Part shown: positions 31,840 through 41,764 of the stretch, piece by piece
Layout of the letters: every line of letters starts with the position of its first letter
Position numbering within the stretch: the first letter of the stretch is position 1
Source of the DNA: Candidatus Levyibacteriota bacterium
GTDB lineage: Bacteria; Patescibacteriota; Microgenomatia; Levybacterales; UBA12049
Reading direction: 5' to 3'
Length of the DNA stretch: 64,000 nucleotides
Assembly: GCA_003173895.1 (NCBI GenBank)
Contig: PJMG01000022.1
Span: 67,454 to 131,453 of the forward strand
Made by a program: the position numbers and the translations under genes
Notes under the pieces: model-generated
What the model saw: only the letters and a program-made list of their open reading frames with translations
What the model was told of the DNA's origin: nothing
Database searches by the model: none

Positions 31840-33705
31840 ATGGACTTAGATTTACTCAATGGCTTGAATAAAGATCAAGTAGAAGCAGTTAAATATTCCG
31901 ATGGACCCCAAATTATTTTAGCCGGAGCAGGCTCTGGTAAAACCAGAGTATTAATGCATAAAATTTTATATTTAATTTGCCAGAAGAATATTTACCCTGA
32001 AGAAATTTTAGCTGTTACATTTACTAATAAAGCAGCTAATGAAATGAAAGAAAGAATTATTAAATTACTTTCAGTCCAAAAGATTTATGGTAAACCACTT
32101 ATAGCGACTTTCCACTCTCTTTGTGGCCAAATTTTAAGACGAGAAGCAATTAAAATTGGTTTTAATTCTAATTTTGTAATTTATGATACTAATGATCAAT
32201 TAGACATAGTTAAAAAAGCTTTAGACTTTTTGGGATTTTCTCCTAAAGAATATAAACCTCAGGCTATTTTAGCTCAAATTTCTGGAGCTAAAAATGAAAT
32301 AATCACACCTTCTGAATATCAAGCTATGTTTAAAGGCCATTTTCAAGAAGTAGTTGGCGTAGTTTATAGTTCATACGAAAGAATGTTAAAAGAAAATAAT
32401 GCTTTAGATTTTGATGATTTGATTAATAAAACTATTTTACTTTTTAAACAAGACACGATAACTTTAAATAAATATCAAGAAAAATTTAAATATATTTTAA
32501 TTGACGAATATCAAGATACTAATAAAGCTCAATATGAATTGACTACCCTTTTATCTGCTAAGCATAAAAACATTTGCGTGGTTGGAGACTTTTCCCAAAG
32601 TATTTATTCCTGGCGCGGTGCTGATTATACAAATCTTTCCAAGTTTGAAAAGGATTTTAAAAATACAAAAATTTTTAAACTTTCTCAAAATTATAGATCG
32701 ACTCAAAAAATTTTAGATACTGCCACTCATGTAATTAAAAAAAATACTTCGCATCCTATACTTTCCTTATGGACTGAAAATGATGGTGGTGAAAGAATCA
32801 CTTTCTATGAAGCCAGAAATGAACAGCAAGAAGGAGAATTTATAGTAAAAAAAATCAATGAATATTTAAATAATGGCTATGAATATTCTGATTTTGCTGT
32901 ACTTTATCGTATGAATGCGCAATCTAGAAGTATTGAAGAAGTTTTCCTTCATTTGGCAATTCCTTACGCCCTAGTAGGTGGTACTAAATTCTATGAGAGA
33001 AAAGAAATTAAAGATGTTTTATCTTATTTAAGACTTTTCTTAAATCCCAGTGATAGTGTTTCTAAAGAAAGACTTGAAAAAGTTGGTAAAAGTCGTTTTA
33101 AAAAATTTTTAGAATATATGGGAAAAATTGAAATGTCTATGTTAGAAAAAATTAGACAAGGAGTAGAATTAGCAAATTATACTACACTTTATTTACTGGA
33201 TGAAATTTTAAAAGTTACGAATTATTTAGAACTCTATGATGAGAAAGTAGAAGAAGAAAGAGCGCGTTTAGAAAATATAAAAGAACTTAGATCTGTGGCT
33301 ACAGTTTTCCCTAATCTATCTCAATTTTTACAAAATATAGCATTAGTTCAGGATAAAGAAATGCCAGAGAAAGAAAATAATGAGAAATCAAAAAATGTAG
33401 TAACTCTAATGACTCTACATGCCGCAAAAGGATTAGAATTTAAAGTAGTTTTTATAATTGGAATGGAAGAAGGTATTTTCCCTCACGCTAGATCATTAAT
33501 GGATCGTTCAGAGTTAGAAGAAGAAAGAAGATTAGCTTATGTAGGAATAACACGTGCACGTGAAAAATTATTTTTAACTTATGCTAAAAGAAGATTATTT
33601 TTCGGTCAAAGGAATACTACCACAGTATCTCGTTTTTTATTTGACATCCCGGAGAATTTAATAGATCGCGAAGAATCAGAATTTGAAATTTATTATGAAT
33701 ACTAA
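31840..33705 (+). CDS. pcrA: UvrD/PcrA DNA helicase
   Basis: AGAGSGKT, DEYQDTN, NYRS, TLHAAKGLEF and EEERRLAYV.ITRA; ATG 31840. Confidence 0.95.
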   Translation: MDLDLLNGLNKDQVEAVKYSDGPQIILAGAGSGKTRVLMHKILYLICQKNIYPEEILAVTFTNKAANEMKERIIKLLSVQKIYGKPLIATFHSLCGQILRREAIKIGFNSNFVIYDTNDQLDIVKKALDFLGFSPKEYKPQAILAQISGAKNEIITPSEYQAMFKGHFQEVVGVVYSSYERMLKENNALDFDDLINKTILLFKQDTITLNKYQEKFKYILIDEYQDTNKAQYELTTLLSAKHKNICVVGDFSQSIYSWRGADYTNLSKFEKDFKNTKIFKLSQNYRSTQKILDTATHVIKKNTSHPILSLWTENDGGERITFYEARNEQQEGEFIVKKINEYLNNGYEYSDFAVLYRMNAQSRSIEEVFLHLAIPYALVGGTKFYERKEIKDVLSYLRLFLNPSDSVSKERLEKVGKSRFKKFLEYMGKIEMSMLEKIRQGVELANYTTLYLLDEILKVTNYLELYDEKVEEERARLENIKELRSVATVFPNLSQFLQNIALVQDKEMPEKENNEKSKNVVTLMTLHAAKGLEFKVVFIIGMEEGIFPHARSLMDRSELEEERRLAYVGITRAREKLFLTYAKRRLFFGQRNTTTVSRFLFDIPENLIDREESEFEIYYEY

Positions 33706-34816
33706 AAAAATGAATATTTTTCAAGATATTTTAGAAAATCAAAAACAAGATTTCAATAAACTTTCCATTCATCCTTTACAGACATGGGAATGGGGAGAAT
33801 TTAGAAAAAAAACTGGAATAAAAGTTATAAGAAGGGGCAGAGTAGAAAATAAAAAATTAGTAGAGAGCTATCAATTGACACTACATAAAATACCGCATAC
33901 AAAATTTAATATTGGATATTTACCAAAAGGAAATATTCCAAGCGAAAATATGCTGAATGATTTAGATCAAATTGGAAAAGAAAATAATTGTATTTTTATA
34001 CAGCTAGAACCAAATATTGAAAAATTACAAATGTTAAATGACCAATATCAAATTAACCAAAATTTAGAATTAATCATTGGTCACTGGTCACTACCACAGT
34101 CTACTCATCCTTTATTTACTAAACATACTCTAGTTTTAGATTTAAATAAAACTGAAGAAGAATTTTTAAAAAGTTTTTCTCAAAAAACTAGATATAATAT
34201 AAAATTGGCTGCTAAACATGGTATTTATATAAAAGAAGAACTAAATCAAAACTCATTTAATATTTATTGGGAAATAATGCAAAAAACTACGACCCGTCAA
34301 AAATTTTATGCACATACTAAAAAATATCATGACTTAATGTTTCAAACATTAAGTGCAGAAAATGAAAGATTTGATAGAAATGAACTCCAGGCACATTTAT
34401 TTATCGGATACTATAATCCTTCCAAAGATCCCATTTTACAAGCTAATCAAGCAAAAGATAATCAACCACTCCCCTTAGTTGCTTGGATTTTATTTACTTT
34501 TAAAGATACTCTTTATTATCCATATGGTTCATCTAGTAGTGAATATAAAAATCTAATGGCTTCTAATTTAATGATGTGGGAAGCGATAAAATTTGGTAAA
34601 AAACTAAATTTAAAAAGTTTTGATATGTGGGGAAGTCTAGGAGAAAATCCTGATCCGGGAGATCCTTGGTATGGATTTCATAAGTTTAAATTAGGTTATA
34701 ATCCCAAATTAGTAGAATTTATAGGCAGTTATGATTTAGTAATTAATAAAAATTTATACCAAATTTATAAAATAGCTGATAAACTAAGAAAAGTTTATTT
34801 AAAAATAAAAAAATAA
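33695..34816 (+). CDS. FemABX/MurM-family peptidoglycan peptidyl transferase
   Basis: HPLQ..EWG.F, KTRYNI, YPYG.S and GF..FK.G. Confidence 0.9.
   Translation: MNTKKMNIFQDILENQKQDFNKLSIHPLQTWEWGEFRKKTGIKVIRRGRVENKKLVESYQLTLHKIPHTKFNIGYLPKGNIPSENMLNDLDQIGKENNCIFIQLEPNIEKLQMLNDQYQINQNLELIIGHWSLPQSTHPLFTKHTLVLDLNKTEEEFLKSFSQKTRYNIKLAAKHGIYIKEELNQNSFNIYWEIMQKTTTRQKFYAHTKKYHDLMFQTLSAENERFDRNELQAHLFIGYYNPSKDPILQANQAKDNQPLPLVAWILFTFKDTLYYPYGSSSSEYKNLMASNLMMWEAIKFGKKLNLKSFDMWGSLGENPDPGDPWYGFHKFKLGYNPKLVEFIGSYDLVINKNLYQIYKIADKLRKVYLKIKK
34023..34092. repeat. Heptamer repeats with inverted pairing, in frame in the FemAB-like gene
   Basis: AATTACA AATGTTA AATGACC AATATCA ... CATTGGT CACTGGT; TGACCAAT/ATTGGTCA inverted repeat. 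Confidence 0.55.
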
Positions 34817-34817
34817 T

Positions 34818-35840
34818 TCATCCAATTTTTTTTATTTTATAAACTGCAGCTTTTTGACCAGAGACTAAAGTATTATATTTTTTTAACAAGCTTAATTTAC
34901 TATCAAAATTTTTTAAAATATTTTCAAACAATTCTTTTTTTGCTAATAACAAAATTATTAAACCATTAGGCTTTAAAATTCTCATAAACTCACTTAACAT
35001 ATCTGAATAAAATATTTCTAAATTCAATTCTTTACCGATTTCTAATCCCCATGGGGGATCAGTAACAATTCTATCTATATAATTATTTTTAATTTCTGCT
35101 AAATTTAATGCATCCCATTTTTGAACTAAAATTTTATGTTTTGTTTTATTAGCTTTAGATCTAGTTCTACTAACAAACATCTTTTCTATATCTGAAGCTA
35201 TAATTTCTTTATAAGCAAAATTAGTCCTGGCCATAGGAATTGATCCACTTCCACAAAATGGATCTAAAAAAATATCATTTTTAGACGGTTCTGATATTAA
35301 ACACAAAATATTAGCCAGCTCTGGATAAAGCTCACCTTTATCTAAAATTTTCTCATAAGATGCATGTCTAGTTATACGAAATCCTAAAAATCCATATCCT
35401 TCACGTCTAGAAATAAAAGTGAATTCTATCTCTGGATTAGTTCGATCAAGAAAGAAATTTTTATTTTGCAAAATGTTTCTTTCTATTTTTTCTCTAAGAA
35501 ATGGATTCATTGCAACAAATTGATTTTCTATAGTTGCCATAATTCTGAATTTAGTTTTTTTATTTAAATAGGGAATAGTTAAAAATAATTTTTTATCATT
35601 AATTACCTGTTTCATCATAAAAGGTATTGGATCTTTAGTTAATTTAGGAAAATATTTAAGTAGTAAAAAAGTATTATTTAGAAATTTAAGTTGTTTTATA
35701 GCATCAACGCTTTTATTAGTCTCATAAAGAATGATTCCATCTTCAAGTAAATTTATTTTTATATCTGGAATTTTCTTTTTAATTTCATCTTTAATTATTT
35801 CATTAAAACCAGTTATAAATGTAGAAAAATAAATTTGCAT
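34818..35840 (-). CDS. RNA methyltransferase (UPF0020/Trm11-like, THUMP-like N-terminus)
   Basis: LDPFCGSGSI and IVTDPPWG motifs. Confidence 0.8.
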   Translation of the reverse strand: MQIYFSTFITGFNEIIKDEIKKKIPDIKINLLEDGIILYETNKSVDAIKQLKFLNNTFLLLKYFPKLTKDPIPFMMKQVINDKKLFLTIPYLNKKTKFRIMATIENQFVAMNPFLREKIERNILQNKNFFLDRTNPEIEFTFISRREGYGFLGFRITRHASYEKILDKGELYPELANILCLISEPSKNDIFLDPFCGSGSIPMARTNFAYKEIIASDIEKMFVSRTRSKANKTKHKILVQKWDALNLAEIKNNYIDRIVTDPPWGLEIGKELNLEIFYSDMLSEFMRILKPNGLIILLLAKKELFENILKNFDSKLSLLKKYNTLVSGQKAAVYKIKKIG

Positions 35841-36389
35841 TTAAGAAAATTTGTATAAATAAAGTCTATTTTTATGATCTATTTCCATTAATTTCAACCG
35901 CTTGGGATAATATTCCATTGGAATAGGGTAGGTGTATGAAATTAGCAGACTCCCCGACCTTGCTTCTTTTAAGAATTTAGGCGCCAGCCTGATCAATGCA
36001 TTTGGAATAAGATAGATGAAGAAAACATTAGCATCAGAAAAATTTACTTTAAAGAAATTTTTTCTTAATAATTTTACTTTATTCCCTACTCTATATCTAA
36101 AATTCACGTTAAACCAAGCGTTAAAAAATCTTATGGGATCAATCTCTATACCTAGAGAATGTGCATTAAATTCTGAAGCTGCTATACATATAGCATTCCC
36201 TGTTCCACAACCTAAATCATAAATTAAAGTTTTGTCAGAAACCTTAGCCATTTGGCACATTCTTCGAGCTATATGAGGTTTAGTAGTCCACCAAGGTGCC
36301 CATGGACTATCAGGTGGCCAAAGCATAGAAATAATTAAAATAATACAAAAAAGAGCTAAAAGTAAAATTAAATTAATTAAAAAAAACAT
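35841..36389 (-). CDS. Membrane-anchored class I SAM-dependent methyltransferase
   Basis: APW..T, YDLGCG.G and GIEIDP. Confidence 0.8.
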   Translation of the reverse strand: MFFLINLILLLALFCIILIISMLWPPDSPWAPWWTTKPHIARRMCQMAKVSDKTLIYDLGCGTGNAICIAASEFNAHSLGIEIDPIRFFNAWFNVNFRYRVGNKVKLLRKNFFKVNFSDANVFFIYLIPNALIRLAPKFLKEARSGSLLISYTYPIPMEYYPKRLKLMEIDHKNRLYLYKFS

Positions 36390-36390
36390 A

Positions 36391-36702
36391 TTAAAATTTA
36401 TAAATTATTTTCGCAAGAATATTTTTTTTATTAACCAAACCAAATGTTCTACTATCGGTACTTTTATTTTTATTATCACCTACTAAAAAATATCTATTAT
36501 TAATAATTTTTGTAACTCTTTTAATTATAACTTTATCATTTACTTTTGCCACTACTATATCCCCTATTTTTAGCCCAATTAACCAATCTTTAACTGCCAA
36601 TATTTTATCCCCACTTTTAAGAAATGGATACATACTTTGACCTTCTACCTTAACCATAAACAATGGAGATATTTTAAGAAGTAATTTATTAAATGCAGTC
36701 AA
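36391..36702 (-). CDS. sodX: NiSOD maturation protease (S26 family)
   Basis: V.G.SM.P.L, IKRV and GDN...STDSR.FG; adjacent to sodN. Confidence 0.88.
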   Translation of the reverse strand: MTAFNKLLLKISPLFMVKVEGQSMYPFLKSGDKILAVKDWLIGLKIGDIVVAKVNDKVIIKRVTKIINNRYFLVGDNKNKSTDSRTFGLVNKKNILAKIIYKF

Positions 36703-36703
36703 T

Positions 36704-37150
36704 TTATTTACTAGCGGCTTTTTTAGCTTCTTCTGCTTTATTAAACATTTCTGCTATTTCATCCACAGCAGATACTAATTTTTCAGCAGATTCTTTAGAT
36801 ACATGTTGCTTATTTTCTGAAACTAATTTAACAGCATTCCAAAACTTCTCATGTAAATCAGGAAACATTTTTAAATGTTCTGGTTTAAAATAATCAGCCC
36901 ACAGTGTAAATAATTCTTCCTTACATTTTCTGGCATGTTCTTCTTTAGTCCAAACACAACGTACAAATTTAGCCTTATCATCAACAGACTGACTATCTGT
37001 AGGTAAAGTCTCTATCAAAGAAACCATTTTTAAAACTGTTTTAGCAGCAATTTGTGCAGGTTTTGGATCATAAATACCACAAGGAACATCACAATGTGCA
37101 GAAGCAGTGATAGAAGGTAAAATAAAATGTAATACACTACTGATTTTCAT
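36704..37150 (-). CDS. sodN: Nickel superoxide dismutase precursor
   Basis: Leader followed by the nickel hook HCDVPCGIYDP; LWADYFK. Confidence 0.95.
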   Translation of the reverse strand: MKISSVLHFILPSITASAHCDVPCGIYDPKPAQIAAKTVLKMVSLIETLPTDSQSVDDKAKFVRCVWTKEEHARKCKEELFTLWADYFKPEHLKMFPDLHEKFWNAVKLVSENKQHVSKESAEKLVSAVDEIAEMFNKAEEAKKAASK

Positions 37151-37199
37151 ATCTCTAGATTAGAAAAATTAATGTATTTTGTCAAGCGGAAGGATAAAT

Positions 37200-38198
37200 T
37201 TAATATCGGAAATTTAGAATTTGTTTTACTTCTTTTAATGTTTTTATGGACTCTTCTCTTACTTTTTCTGTTCCCTCTTTTAATATCTTTAAAAGTTTTT
37301 CCTCATCATTATATTCTTTTCTTTTTTCTCTAATAGGAGAGAGAAAATTTTCTAATATAGTAATTAAATATCTTTTAACTTCTACATCTCCTACTTTACC
37401 TTCTCTATATTTATTTTTATAGTTTTCAATTTGCTCCTTATCTTGATCTTTACTAAAAGCATCTAAATAAATGAAAACTGGATTTCCTTCTACATGACCG
37501 GGATCTGTGGAATGCAAACGAGTTGGATCAGTATACATACTCATTACTTTTTCTTTTACTTCTTCTATAGTTGCGGATAAATAAATAGTATTTCCTAAAG
37601 ATTTACTCATTTTAGGATTACCATCTGTTCCGATTAATTTTCCTACTCTCCCAATTAATGTTTTAATATATGGAAAAATATTCTGCCCTGCCATTTTATT
37701 AAATGTTTCAGAGATCTCACGAGCTTGCTCTAGATGGGCTTCTTGATCTTTACCCACTGGTACTAATTCACCTTTAACACACATTATGTCCGCTGCTTGA
37801 TACATAGGATAATTTATGAATCCTAAACTAAATTGATCACCTAAACCTTTCATTTTTATTTCATCCTTAATAGTAGGATTTCTAAGCGCTCTATTATGAC
37901 TTACATACATACTAAAGAGAGATGCTAATTCATAAATTTCAGGTATATCTGATTCTACATAATAGCTAACTTCATTTTCTGATAATCCAACTGATAAAAG
38001 ATCTAATAAATTATCTAAAGCATATCCTCTAACATCTTTATAATTAAAATTTTTGGCTCCAAGTGCATGAGTATCAGCTAAAAGTAAATATTCATCATAT
38101 TCACTTTTTAGTTTTAATAAATTCTCTAAATTTCCTACGTAATGACCTAGATGTAGTTTTCCTGTTGGAGTAAATCCAGTCATTAGTCTCTTTTTCAT
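37200..38198 (-). CDS. trpS: Tryptophan--tRNA ligase
   Basis: PTGKLHLGHY, YP..QAADI, VPVG.DQ and KMSKS. Confidence 0.97.
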   Translation of the reverse strand: MKKRLMTGFTPTGKLHLGHYVGNLENLLKLKSEYDEYLLLADTHALGAKNFNYKDVRGYALDNLLDLLSVGLSENEVSYYVESDIPEIYELASLFSMYVSHNRALRNPTIKDEIKMKGLGDQFSLGFINYPMYQAADIMCVKGELVPVGKDQEAHLEQAREISETFNKMAGQNIFPYIKTLIGRVGKLIGTDGNPKMSKSLGNTIYLSATIEEVKEKVMSMYTDPTRLHSTDPGHVEGNPVFIYLDAFSKDQDKEQIENYKNKYREGKVGDVEVKRYLITILENFLSPIREKRKEYNDEEKLLKILKEGTEKVREESIKTLKEVKQILNFRY

Positions 38199-38199
38199 A

Positions 38200-38583
38200 T
38201 TAATGTAATTTCATTCCAGGTTTTACCTGTCTTTCTGGAACTAGTAAAATTATTCCATTTTCATCATCTGTCGCCATAATCATTCCCTGAGATTCATAAC
38301 CTCTAAATGTACGAGGCTCTAAGTTAGTAATAACTGGAATTTGTTTACCTATTAAAACTAAGGGATCTGGATAAAATCCAGCTATGGCCGACATAATCTG
38401 TCTAACATGTTTATTTGGATATTTTTCAGCTAATTCTGGCAAAATAGTAATTTCACCAATATTCTCTAGCTCACCAAAATCAAAAATAAGTTTAATTAAC
38501 TTATCTGCATCAGGAACTTTTTCAGCACTCAAAACTGTCCCAATTCTTATTTCAATTTTAGAAAAATCATTAATATTTATCAT
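38200..38583 (-). CDS. Stand-alone tRNA-binding OB-fold protein (CsaA/Trbp111/MetRS C-terminal-like)
   Basis: DF.K.EIRIG.V..AE, DKL, NLEPR and SQGM. Confidence 0.85.
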   Translation of the reverse strand: MININDFSKIEIRIGTVLSAEKVPDADKLIKLIFDFGELENIGEITILPELAEKYPNKHVRQIMSAIAGFYPDPLVLIGKQIPVITNLEPRTFRGYESQGMIMATDDENGIILLVPERQVKPGMKLH

Positions 38584-38612
38584 AAGTGTATTCTAGCATG
38601 TTTACAAATTGT

Positions 38613-39497
38613 TTACTTAATTTCTTCTTTAAATCTTAATACAGAACCATTAATACAATCTCTATCTGGAAATAAAAATAAGTTTTCAATACCAATATTA
38701 TTAATATCTATATTTGTCTTTTCAAATCCAATATTTACTCCTCTTAAGTAAAAAGGAATTCCATGTTTATTTATATATGAAGAAATTTTATCTTGCGTAT
38801 AATCTTCTAATCTATAAAGTTCAAATTCAGAAATATTTTCTGTCTTTATTATAGAATCAGTTCCTTCGTCTACCAGATATAATCCTCCAGTATAAATATA
38901 TGCATGACCCTTATTTCGTAAAATAGAATAGATATCTTTAATAATCTCAAATACAGGATATTCTACATGCATTAGTACAAATGAAGATACTACTGCATCT
39001 ACGGAATTTTCACCTAACTCATCTTTTATATTACAAATATTCCCATCAATTATCTTTATTTCTCTTTCCTCCAAAAGATTTATTTCATCTACGGAGGGAT
39101 CTATATATTTATCTCCGTAACCTATCAGTTCTATTTCTTTAGAATTCCACCTTTCTCTACATCCAAGTAAAAATCCTCCAGCTCCAAAACCTACATCCAC
39201 GATTCTTAATTTTCTAAAATATCCTGTTTCTTTAGCTTCAATTCTTCTTTTTTCTAATTCTTCTTCTACCCACACTTCAAATTTCTGACCATTTAATCTA
39301 GGTAATAAATCAGCTACTTCATAAAAGCTCCTGTCTGTTCCTCCAGCTGGACCATTTCCATGTTTAGCTCTAAAAAATTTTACTCCAGCCAAATGCTTTA
39401 AAATAGGATAATCATAGCTGCTGATAGCCCTAGCTTGCATTTGAGTAAAATCTTCAAAAACTTCTTGACCATTTGGTAATTGATAAAATTCTTGCAT
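38613..39497 (-). CDS. Class I SAM-dependent methyltransferase
   Basis: IVDVGFGAG and VDAVVSSFVLMHV..P. Confidence 0.75.
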   Translation of the reverse strand: MQEFYQLPNGQEVFEDFTQMQARAISSYDYPILKHLAGVKFFRAKHGNGPAGGTDRSFYEVADLLPRLNGQKFEVWVEEELEKRRIEAKETGYFRKLRIVDVGFGAGGFLLGCRERWNSKEIELIGYGDKYIDPSVDEINLLEEREIKIIDGNICNIKDELGENSVDAVVSSFVLMHVEYPVFEIIKDIYSILRNKGHAYIYTGGLYLVDEGTDSIIKTENISEFELYRLEDYTQDKISSYINKHGIPFYLRGVNIGFEKTNIDINNIGIENLFLFPDRDCINGSVLRFKEEIK

Positions 39498-39503
39498 AAT
39501 AAT

Positions 39504-39911
39504 TTAAATTTCTTTTAGCCCTATGACATACTCATATAAAAATAAACAACTATATTTTTTACCTTTATTATCTCCATCCATAGCTACTATGATACTTTTA
39601 GAAGCAGCAAAATCAATTGCTGAATCTCCATTAAATATCTCAATACCATATCCAACTCCTTCACCATCTAACTTAAATATTTCAACACAATCCTTATTTT
39701 CATATTTTGCATAAGATTCTTGATTACTTAATAATAATTCAATTGATATATCTTCAAATGTATCATTCTGATTATAGAATCGTAGATATTGCACTGCTTT
39801 TGGATTTTTATGTTCTTTTTCTAGAGATAATTTATTTGCTAAAATATCTGTTGCACTAATTAACGGTGAAATATCTAAGCCTGACAGATATAAATTATTT
39901 TCTAGTGACAT
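39504..39911 (-). CDS. Hypothetical protein
   Basis: Strong SD AAAGGAGGTGA 5 nt before ATG 39911. Confidence 0.6.
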   Translation of the reverse strand: MSLENNLYLSGLDISPLISATDILANKLSLEKEHKNPKAVQYLRFYNQNDTFEDISIELLLSNQESYAKYENKDCVEIFKLDGEGVGYGIEIFNGDSAIDFAASKSIIVAMDGDNKGKKYSCLFLYEYVIGLKEI

Positions 39912-40719
39912 GTTTTTCACCTCCTTTCAGATCTATAAATTTAAAATAATCCTTTATTGCTTTTATAGAAGTTTTAGAATCATGTCCACTTTGATAAGTT
40001 TTAAATACAAATTGATTCTTTTTGTCTGGAAAAGTTTCCTGAATTTTATTAAAGTAATCTTTTGATTGGTTGTAATTTATATTTTTATCTTTTATACCAT
40101 GCCCTATAAATATTTTAGTGTTTTTTAAATACTTAATATTTTCTATAGGAGACAATCCATCTAAACCAGAGAATTGTTTAATCCATACTTTATTTAAGAT
40201 TCCTCTATAAAGGTATTTATATCCATCTTTATTAATAGCATCATAGAAATTTTTAACAGTTTCTTCTTCAGGTATTTTTCCCACAATACTCCAATTAGTA
40301 ATTGGAAATATACTACAAATATTTTTTATTTCATTATTAAATTTAGGAAGAAGTAAAGCATAACTTGCGCCAAAACTTCTTCCGATAATATAGATATTTT
40401 TATATCTTAGATATTTTTTTAAATTTAAATAGCTACACTTTGCTTGTGTACCTAGTTTAAAACAATCATATAGCGTTAAAAACGTATTTATCACATTTGT
40501 TGGAGAAAATTCTCCATCGCTTCTACCATATCCAATGTAATCAGGAACAAATAAGTCCGTATCATGATTTAAAATAGTTTTTGCTTCGTCCAATGTGCCA
40601 TTATCAGGAAGTCTTGGGACTCCTATACCAAAAATAGCGATATTATCTGTTAACCTATTAGGTACTTCATAAAAAGTACCTGCGATATTTTTTATTTTAA
40701 GAAATTTACTTTGATACAT
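39895..40719 (-). CDS. Alpha/beta hydrolase (S9 peptidase-like)
   Basis: PDY.GYGRS.G, nucleophile elbow GRSFG, HG..D..I and C-terminal GH. Confidence 0.82.
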   Translation of the reverse strand: MYQSKFLKIKNIAGTFYEVPNRLTDNIAIFGIGVPRLPDNGTLDEAKTILNHDTDLFVPDYIGYGRSDGEFSPTNVINTFLTLYDCFKLGTQAKCSYLNLKKYLRYKNIYIIGRSFGASYALLLPKFNNEIKNICSIFPITNWSIVGKIPEEETVKNFYDAINKDGYKYLYRGILNKVWIKQFSGLDGLSPIENIKYLKNTKIFIGHGIKDKNINYNQSKDYFNKIQETFPDKKNQFVFKTYQSGHDSKTSIKAIKDYFKFIDLKGGEKHVTRK

Positions 40720-40721
40720 AA

Positions 40722-41763
40722 TTAATTAGGAATAAACATAGCTAAATTTTTTCCTTTACCCTCTAAAAAGCTAAAATACATGCCATGTCTATAATTTTCA
40801 GGAGTACCTGATGGATCTAAAGATATTAGTATATCTGACTTAGAGGATAAATTGGCTAATCCCTTTCCAGCTAAACCATAATTAAGCATAAAACCTATAA
40901 GCTCTAAGTACGATTTTCTTTCTGCAGATGAACCTCGTCTAAATTTTGTCTTTATTTGGTTTGCGTGATGATCTATCAAACGAATAATATCATTATTTAT
41001 ATTTAAATCTGATAAGTTTTTCAAATTAATACCAGAATTGTTAACTATATTTAATTTTTCAGCACTTTCATATAAATCAAGCTCTGTTGAAGACAATTTG
41101 TCATTTAGTTCTGTTATATTACTAAATTCTAGCTTTACATTACTTAAATTAAATTCATGTTTATGATCTAAAAAATAAGTTCTATATAAATTATTTTGCT
41201 TTCTTAGATAATTTCTTAATTGTGTATCAGTACTTAAATTTAATTGAGATTTAATCATCTGGGCATTGATAACTCCTGCATCGCCGAAGTATATTCTCCC
41301 TTTTGTAACTATCCCTCTAGTCGATAAGTACTCATTCACGACTTGAAGAGTCTTTAAATATCTAATAAATTTATTTTTATATCTCTCTACTTGATCTAAC
41401 TTATTAATATCAGATTTAATGCCAACTATACCTGCAAATTCTGATCCTTCCCGATTAGAATCCAAATCATATAGTGGACATACAATAGTATCAACATAAA
41501 ATGTGGGCGTAATTCCTTCTGATTGTTCTTTCTGACATCTTTCAATTGAAGAAACAAGTTGTTGCATGAAGAATTCATGAGTTTTACCTGGTACATTTCC
41601 TACTAATCTTAATCTTTTCTCAAGATCTGAAGCAATTTTAGAAGGTTTGTTTTGTCGCTCAATTCTTAGGATAGAATCATCAAATCCAAAGATACCCCTG
41701 AGGCTCTGAAGTTAAAGCCTGAGGGGTCACCTCTCCGATATTATTTTTAAATTCTTCTGTCAT
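40722..41763 (-). CDS. Uncharacterised protein split by a +1 frameshift after codon 25 (346 aa if recoded; 281 aa from internal ATG 41567)
   Basis: ATG 41763 is 1 nt after the trpR stop; frame 0 stops at 41680; the +1 frame is open from about 41711 into the 281-aa ORF. Confidence 0.65.
41686..41699 (-). other. Candidate prfB-type programmed +1 frameshift site AGGGG-TAT-CTT-TGG
   Basis: Matches E. coli prfB AGG GGG TAT CTT TGA, with TGG (Trp) replacing TGA. Confidence 0.55.
41694..41727. repeat. 34-nt hairpin overlapping the SD-like frameshift element
   Basis: ACCCCTGAGGCT-N10-AGCCTGAGGGGT, 11 of 12 positions paired. Confidence 0.75.
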
Positions 41764-41764
41764 A

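Noticed and set aside
41680-41763. Classical Trp attenuator leader peptide
   Set aside because: Only one Trp codon; the hairpin lies upstream of it and has no U-tract; the downstream +1 frame is open and looks coding
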